From Leptolyngbyaceae cyanobacterium (lineage in GTDB: Bacteria; Cyanobacteriota; Cyanobacteriia; Phormidesmidales; Phormidesmidaceae): a stretch of 64,000 nucleotides of DNA. The position numbers and the translations under genes were made by a program. This document shows, in pieces, positions 58,240-64,000 of the stretch (position 1 is its first letter; each line of letters begins with the position of its first letter). Location of the stretch: assembly GCA_050331235.1 (NCBI GenBank), contig JBHJHA010000019.1:32001-96000 (forward strand). The letters run 5' to 3'. The notes below the pieces were generated by a model that saw only the letters and a program-made list of their open reading frames with translations, made no database searches and was not told the origin of the DNA.

Positions 58240-58425
58240 GGGTGTCGATCTATAAGAATTAATCATTCATCTTAAACAGATCTGCTACGAGCCCTCAATT
58301 GGCTGTTGTCGATGAGCCGATTTCAGATGAATATTTCTCACGGTACAGTCCTTAACCGGCTTCCCTGGTCAAATTGCGATCAAACGAATCAATTGGTTTA
58401 GTCTAAGACTGCGTTTGAATCGTCC

Positions 58426-60177
58426 TTGAGAACCGCTGTGCAACTTTCCCATTTCCGCCCCCTATTATCTGTCGTCGATCAAATTCGCCGCTATGGGCGG
58501 CGTGGCCTCATCTTTCTCTGCGTTGGTGTGGTGTGTTTACTCATGCAGTCCTGGTCAGTTACTGTCCTAGCCCAGACCGCTTCTCCAGAGACAGACACCA
58601 CTCCTTCTGCTGGTCAAGTCAGGCTGGATAATGAACTGTTATTTACCCTTGATGACCGCTCATTGGCAGATTCGGTAGAGGTTCGCGCAGAGCGCATTTC
58701 TCAGCGGATTCATGCCGTCGCAAATAATCCAGCCATTGCCGTCGACGACATTGACACGACTCAAACCGAATTTGGTGAGGCAATTTTTGTTGAAGACACC
58801 ATTTTGTTCGTGATTAGCGATGTTGACGCGATGGGCACAGACTCCACCCCAGAAGCCCTCGCTGAGCAATATGCCGATGTTCTCCGCACTGAAATCACCG
58901 ACTACCGGGCCGAGCGCAGTGCCGAGTACTTGACACGGGCCACTATTATTGCGGTCGTTTGCACCCTAGGCTTGATGTTGGCGATTGCCATTCTCGCTAA
59001 TGCCATGCCCCAGTTTTATCGCTGGCTTGACCGGCAACAAGACCGATGGATTCCTAACGTTCGTGTACAAAATTTTGAGCTCCTCACCGCCTATCAGCTC
59101 ACTGGCATTGTGCAGTTTTTCACTCAGATACTGCACTTTTTCCTCGTACTGGGGCTGATTTTGTTTTACCTGTCCTATGTGCTGAGCCTGTTTCCACAAA
59201 CCCGCAACCTAGGACAGGGGGTGTTTGGCTATTTTTGGCGCGCCGTTCAAATCATCTGGGACGGCTTTATCAACTTTTTGCCCAACCTGTTGACCATTAT
59301 CATCATCGTTTTTGCGGCTTCAGTAGTGTTGCGCTTCGTACGGTGGATCTTTGCCAACATCCGTCGGGGTCGATTGAGGATCCAAGGCTTTTACCCAGAA
59401 TGGGCGATGCCGACCTTTCGGCTGACCCAGTTTTTGATTATTGCCTTTGCCCTGGCCGTCATTTTTCCATATCTTCCGGGGGCCAATTCACCAGCCTTTC
59501 AGGGCGTCTCAATTTTTGTGGGGCTACTGGTGTCACTAGGGGCCGGGGGCGCTATTTTTAGCATCGTGGCGGGCTTCATTTTGGTTTACACCCGCGCTTT
59601 TATGGAAGGCGATCGCATTCGCTTTGACGATATCGAGGGCTTTGTGACGGAAAAATCACTGTTTGTCACTCGCCTCCGCACCGTCGAAAACAGCTTGATC
59701 AGCGTGCCAAACACTTCACTATTGGCCGGCAAAATCATCAACTACACAGCACTCATTCGAGAACAGCAAACCCCCTTAATCCTCAAAACGACCATTACGC
59801 TTGGCTACGACGTACCTTGGCAATTGGTGCACCAAACGTTGATCGAGGCGGCGATCGCCACCTCCTACGTGCTCCAAGAGCCGGCTCCCAACGTTTGGCA
59901 AACCTCGTTAGACGACTTTTATGTCAGCTATCAGCTACGCGCAGCGACCCTCCATCCAGACCAGCTCGACGCGATCTATTCCGAACTGCACCAAAATCTT
60001 CAGGACTCTTGCAATCAAGCTGGTATCGAAATCCTGTCGCCCCATTATGGCGCGATGCGAGATGGCAGCCAAACAACGATTCCAGCTAACTACTTACCCA
60101 ACGATTACGCGCCGCCCCCATGGCAAATTACCGCACAGTGGCAGCCCCCTAAGTCAGAAAACCAGTCCGGAAAATAG
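58426..60177 (+). CDS. MscS family channel with periplasmic N-terminal domain
   Basis: SPAFQGVS, YTRAF..GDRI, VPN, TLGYDVPW, GIEILSPHY. Confidence 0.92.
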   Translation: MRTAVQLSHFRPLLSVVDQIRRYGRRGLIFLCVGVVCLLMQSWSVTVLAQTASPETDTTPSAGQVRLDNELLFTLDDRSLADSVEVRAERISQRIHAVANNPAIAVDDIDTTQTEFGEAIFVEDTILFVISDVDAMGTDSTPEALAEQYADVLRTEITDYRAERSAEYLTRATIIAVVCTLGLMLAIAILANAMPQFYRWLDRQQDRWIPNVRVQNFELLTAYQLTGIVQFFTQILHFFLVLGLILFYLSYVLSLFPQTRNLGQGVFGYFWRAVQIIWDGFINFLPNLLTIIIIVFAASVVLRFVRWIFANIRRGRLRIQGFYPEWAMPTFRLTQFLIIAFALAVIFPYLPGANSPAFQGVSIFVGLLVSLGAGGAIFSIVAGFILVYTRAFMEGDRIRFDDIEGFVTEKSLFVTRLRTVENSLISVPNTSLLAGKIINYTALIREQQTPLILKTTITLGYDVPWQLVHQTLIEAAIATSYVLQEPAPNVWQTSLDDFYVSYQLRAATLHPDQLDAIYSELHQNLQDSCNQAGIEILSPHYGAMRDGSQTTIPANYLPNDYAPPPWQITAQWQPPKSENQSGK

Positions 60178-60237
60178 TAGCCTGCTAGCACAAGCGTCGG
60201 GCAGTTGTCTCCGACCCTTGAGTTGCCGCCCGCAAAC

Positions 60238-61743
60238 TCAAACAGATGCTGCCGTTTCAAACTTGAGCTTAGACCGTTTGTAAGGATCAGGAATATCCAT
60301 GGGGTAGTTGCCCGTAAAGCAGGCCGAACAAAAACTGTTGGGATCCTGATTAGTCGCCTTGAGCATTCCTTCCCAACTGAGATAGGCCAGCGAATCGACG
60401 CCAATCTTGTCAGAAATATCAGCGATCGACAGATTGGCCGCAATCAGCTGATCTTGATCGTCGGTGTCAATACCAAAAAAGCAAGGATGCGTCACTGGCG
60501 GCGATGAAATTCGCATATGGACTTCGACGGCGCCCGCCTCCCGCAGGGCCTTGACAATTTTATAGCTGGTAGTTCCCCGTACGATAGAGTCATCCACAAT
60601 TAGGATGCGCTTACCGTTCAAAACATCTTTGAGCGGATTGAGCTTCATGCGAATGCCGACTTCACGCATTGACTGGGTAGGCTGTATAAAGGTACGACCC
60701 ACGTATCGATTTTTAATTAAGCCCTCGGCGTAGGGAATACGAGACTGCTGAGAAAACCCGATCGCAGCCGGCACCCCCGAGTCTGGTACCGCCATGATGA
60801 GATCAACCTTTGCCGGGGCCTCACGGGCCAGTTCTTGCCCTAGCCGCATGCGATAGGTGTAAAGCGTTTCTTCGTTGACCACGCTATCAGGGCGTGAAAA
60901 ATAAATCATTTCAAATACACAGAGCTTACGATTAGCTTCTGTATGCCACTGCACGGAACTGATCCCAGACTCCGTAATCCACACCAACTCACCAGGCGCA
61001 ATATCGCGCACATAGTCGGCTCCGATGATGTCTAAACCGCAGGTTTCAGAAGACAACACATAATTGGCAGGTCCATCTGGTTGGTCTGGTCGATCGCCCA
61101 AAACCCCCAACACTAAAGGACGAATCCCTAATGGATCGCGCGCGCCGATAATCCCCGCTGGGGTGCCAATGACTAAGCTAAAAGCCCCCTGGCACCGCTT
61201 AAATGCAGAGATCGCTCCGCTGATCCATCCTTGGCCCGCCTCGACTGCCTCCGCCATGGCATAGGCGATCAACTCGGTGTCGGCAGTGCCCACAAAGTCA
61301 TGACCGTTATTGTGGAGCTCGACTTTCAGCTCTGCCGCGTTCACCACGTTGCCGTTGTGGGCCAGGGCGATATCGCCAAAGCGCGTCGGCGCGATCGCGG
61401 GCTGAGCATTGGCCAGATGGCTTGAACCGGTAGTGGAGTAGCGCGTATGGCCGATCGCATACTGGCCCGGTAACTCCTGGAGCTTGCTGTCGTCAAATAC
61501 CTGCGAGACCAAGCCCATGTGCTTATAAACATGCAGCTCGCCTCGGTCAAAGGTAGCAATGCCCGCAGATTCTTGGCCCCGATGCTGCAGGGCAAAGAGC
61601 CCAAAGTATGACAGCGTCGCCACCGCCTCATCGGGGGCGTAAATACCAAACACACCGCAAGCTTCTTCAGGCTTGTCAGGGCGAGAGTCCTCAACGGCGA
61701 GCAGCGGATGGTTGTCCGCAGGGGAGGGCGATCGCAAATTCAT
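60238..61743 (-). CDS. purF: Amidophosphoribosyltransferase
   Basis: EACGVFG, QHRGQES, GHTRYST, VDDSIVRGTT, CSAC; start codon uncertain. Confidence 0.98.
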   Translation of the reverse strand: MNLRSPSPADNHPLLAVEDSRPDKPEEACGVFGIYAPDEAVATLSYFGLFALQHRGQESAGIATFDRGELHVYKHMGLVSQVFDDSKLQELPGQYAIGHTRYSTTGSSHLANAQPAIAPTRFGDIALAHNGNVVNAAELKVELHNNGHDFVGTADTELIAYAMAEAVEAGQGWISGAISAFKRCQGAFSLVIGTPAGIIGARDPLGIRPLVLGVLGDRPDQPDGPANYVLSSETCGLDIIGADYVRDIAPGELVWITESGISSVQWHTEANRKLCVFEMIYFSRPDSVVNEETLYTYRMRLGQELAREAPAKVDLIMAVPDSGVPAAIGFSQQSRIPYAEGLIKNRYVGRTFIQPTQSMREVGIRMKLNPLKDVLNGKRILIVDDSIVRGTTSYKIVKALREAGAVEVHMRISSPPVTHPCFFGIDTDDQDQLIAANLSIADISDKIGVDSLAYLSWEGMLKATNQDPNSFCSACFTGNYPMDIPDPYKRSKLKFETAASV

Positions 61744-62010
61744 GATCGAATGGCGGCTCCGATTGAGATTGAGTAGATTGGTGAAAACCTGAAAACGAGG
61801 GCAGCCTGAGGACATGGCTCAAAGACACCCCTATATTTTCATGATAAAGCGTTAAACTCAGAAACCACCGAGGAAAATTCCCGAAACTTTCCCGAAACTT
61901 AACGCCTTCTTAATCCGACTAAATCTTATCATTCCCTGATACATTCGGGGGATCGTCCAACTGGACAAAGATGCTCGCTCTTGACCGTGACTTCTCAGGG
62001 GCTCTGAGCA

Positions 62011-62709
62011 TCATACATTCAGTAGTTGGCGGCGGACCACACCTTGAAAGAGCTTTAAGCCATCGGTGCTGCCTAGCAACGCATCCGAAGCTCGCTCAGG
62101 GTGGGGCATCAATCCCAAGACATTGCCCTCACGGTTGCAAATACCGGCAATGTTGTGCAAAGAGCCATTGGGATTATCAGCTGCGTGGGCAGTGCCCGCT
62201 AGACCACTGTAGCGAAACACCACTTGTCGATTGGCTTCTAACGCCGCCAAGGTAGCCGAATCGGCATAATAGCAGCCTTCTCCATGGGCGATGGGCAGCG
62301 TAATCACCTCGTTAGGCGTATACTCACTGGTCCACACCAGGTCAGTACGTTCTACCCGCAGGGGCACGCGATCGCACACAAAATGCAAGTCACGATTGCG
62401 GACTAAGGCTCCCGGCAAGAGTCCCGCCTCAGTTAAGATCTGAAACCCGTTACAGATGCCGATGACCCAGCCGCCGCGTTGGGCATGCTCAATGGTGGCT
62501 TGGAGTGCGGGTGAAAAGCGCGCGATCGCTCCGCAGCGCAGATAATCGCCATAGCTAAAGCCCCCGGGCACGATGACCAAATCAGCATTTTGCAGATCAC
62601 TCTCCTCATGCCAGATCATCTGGGTTGGCTGGTCGAGTAGGTCGCGGGTGACATAGGCAGCATCGCGATCGCAGTTAGCGCCAGGAAAAACAATGATGCT
62701 GACATTCAT
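62011..62709 (-). CDS. purQ: FGAM synthase glutaminase subunit
   Basis: GGFSYGDYLR, GICNGFQ, MPHPER. Confidence 0.97.
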   Translation of the reverse strand: MNVSIIVFPGANCDRDAAYVTRDLLDQPTQMIWHEESDLQNADLVIVPGGFSYGDYLRCGAIARFSPALQATIEHAQRGGWVIGICNGFQILTEAGLLPGALVRNRDLHFVCDRVPLRVERTDLVWTSEYTPNEVITLPIAHGEGCYYADSATLAALEANRQVVFRYSGLAGTAHAADNPNGSLHNIAGICNREGNVLGLMPHPERASDALLGSTDGLKLFQGVVRRQLLNV

Positions 62710-62742
62710 ATCGCAGGGCCTCCAACGGATGACGTAATAATT

Positions 62743-63018
62743 TCAGGCAGGACTACCAGCAGGAGCTTTTACTTCGAGATCAAAGCGATAATTTTCAATC
62801 ACGGGATTGGTCAGCAGCTGATCACACATTTGATCGAGCTGTTGGCGAGCGCTGGCCTTGTCTGGTGCCGACAGCGTCACTTGGATGTACTTACCAATTC
62901 TGACCTGCTCAACGGTTGCAAAGCCCATGTGATGCAGCCCAGACTGCACCGCCGTCCCTGCTGGATCCAACACTGAAGGTCGCAGAGTGACGTATATTTG
63001 AGCTTGGTAGGTCGTCAT
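62743..63018 (-). CDS. purS: FGAM synthase subunit PurS
   Basis: SVLDPAG, VRIGKY, LLTNPVIENY. Confidence 0.95.
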   Translation of the reverse strand: MTTYQAQIYVTLRPSVLDPAGTAVQSGLHHMGFATVEQVRIGKYIQVTLSAPDKASARQQLDQMCDQLLTNPVIENYRFDLEVKAPAGSPA

Positions 63019-63104
63019 AGCGATCGCGTCTATCAAAAAAACCGCTCCCATCCTACCGTATCCCGCTCTGCAATAAGCTAGTAAAGCAGCGGTTGCTCAG
63101 ATTT

Positions 63105-63506
63105 ATGAACGGACCTAAAACTCGCAGTCAAGAACGTATCCTCAAGGTTATGAAGGGACTAACCAAACCCACATCAGCCCAGGATCTATACGTCGAGCTG
63201 CGCAACCACGAATACACCATTGGTTTAGCCACGGTCTATCGCTCTTTAGACGCCCTGAAGCTTGATGGACTGGTGCAGGTACGGACGCTGCCCAGTGGCG
63301 AGTCCCTCTACAGCCTTCCCCAAGAAGATCGACACCACCTCACCTGTCTCCGCTGTAGCAACACGATTTCCATTGAGGAATGCCCGGTGCACGACTTAGA
63401 AGATCAGCTCCAGCAGCATCACAAGTTCCGCATCTTCTATCACACCCTTGAGTTTTTTGGTCTGTGCCCTGGCTGTCAAGCTCAAGAAAACTCGACCAGT
63501 GGCTAG
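63105..63506 (+). CDS. zur: Fur family regulator, Zur/FurB type
   Basis: TRSQERIL, SAQDLY, GLATVYR, HHLTCLRC, CPVH, HTLEFFGLC..C. Confidence 0.85.
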   Translation: MNGPKTRSQERILKVMKGLTKPTSAQDLYVELRNHEYTIGLATVYRSLDALKLDGLVQVRTLPSGESLYSLPQEDRHHLTCLRCSNTISIEECPVHDLEDQLQQHHKFRIFYHTLEFFGLCPGCQAQENSTSG

Positions 63507-63538
63507 TCAAAGGGGGCAACTGAATCGTTCAAGTACAC

Positions 63539-63928
63539 CTATCGCGACTCAGCCGCGATGGGCGTCGAAAGATCCAATAGCAAGCCATTGGGATCGCGGA
63601 CTAAGAGTCGGCGTTGCCCATACGCTTCATTTTTAGGCGGCTGCACAATCGCGATCGCCATCGCTCGTGCCCGCTCATACAGAGCATCGACATCATCCAC
63701 CACGAAGGTCAGCAGCAGCCCCTGAGGAGCCGCCTGAAACTCAGGAGGAATCAGCCCATGGTCTTGCTGAATCACGCCGAGCTCTAACTGAGGATGCTCG
63801 TCAGAGACTAATTGCACGTACCAATCGCTGTCATAGGCAACGGTCAACCCCAAAAACTGGGTATAAAACCCACGACTCGCTGCCAAATCTTGGGAGCAAA
63901 TATTAATTAACCACCGAGCAATCACCAT
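63539..63928 (-). CDS. VOC/glyoxalase family protein
   Basis: FY...LGL, DSDWY, VDDVD, YGQRR...RDPNG. Confidence 0.9.
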   Translation of the reverse strand: MVIARWLINICSQDLAASRGFYTQFLGLTVAYDSDWYVQLVSDEHPQLELGVIQQDHGLIPPEFQAAPQGLLLTFVVDDVDALYERARAMAIAIVQPPKNEAYGQRRLLVRDPNGLLLDLSTPIAAESR

Positions 63929-64000
63929 AGGATTCCAGCGCTACACGACAGCAATACACTCAATTTCAACCCGCACATCCTTAGGCAAGCGAGCTACTTC

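Larger units (their letters stand above)
624..63658. repeat. HIP1 palindrome GCGATCGC, dozens of dispersed copies
   Basis: For example 624-631, 653-660, 669-676, 50123-50130; found in genes and spacers throughout. Confidence 0.95.

Noticed and set aside
1..64000. CRISPR array, tRNA, rRNA, transposase, integrase or prophage
   Set aside because: No repeat-spacer array, T-loop/cloverleaf, rRNA-like tract or mobile-element protein motif seen by eye; a covariance-model scan could still find small RNAs

Overview
Ordinary-looking core chromosome of a cyanobacterium: HIP1 octamer GCGATCGC is abundant, and gene content (hpsL, HCP, pentapeptide repeats) is consistent with a filamentous Leptolyngbya/Nodosilinea-like strain (inference). 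About 55 protein genes: 3' part of metH, fabD-plsC, homogentisate phytyltransferase, REC-GGDEF-EAL, FeS-type photolyase, SF1B helicase, smtB/smtA, dnaG, HCP, exbD, furA, a ycgR-ycgQ-Ig/propeller operon, surE, dapF, hfq, M23 peptidase, ComFB protein, murF, codB-like permease, two MscS channels, hpsL, crtD, cutA, MFS transporter, purF/purQ/purS and zur. I found no rRNA, tRNA, CRISPR array, transposase or prophage. Items the ORF track misses: a 54-aa metallothionein, a decayed carbon-nitrogen hydrolase pseudogene, frameshifts in a class I amidotransferase and codB (possibly also the smtB 5' end), and candidate regulatory sites (SmtB, Fur, NtcA, HLR1, clustered DnaA boxes). The best candidate for an uncharacterised system is the three-gene putative metal-handling operon ending 13 bp from furA. 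All family calls come from motif recognition by eye, not database searches.
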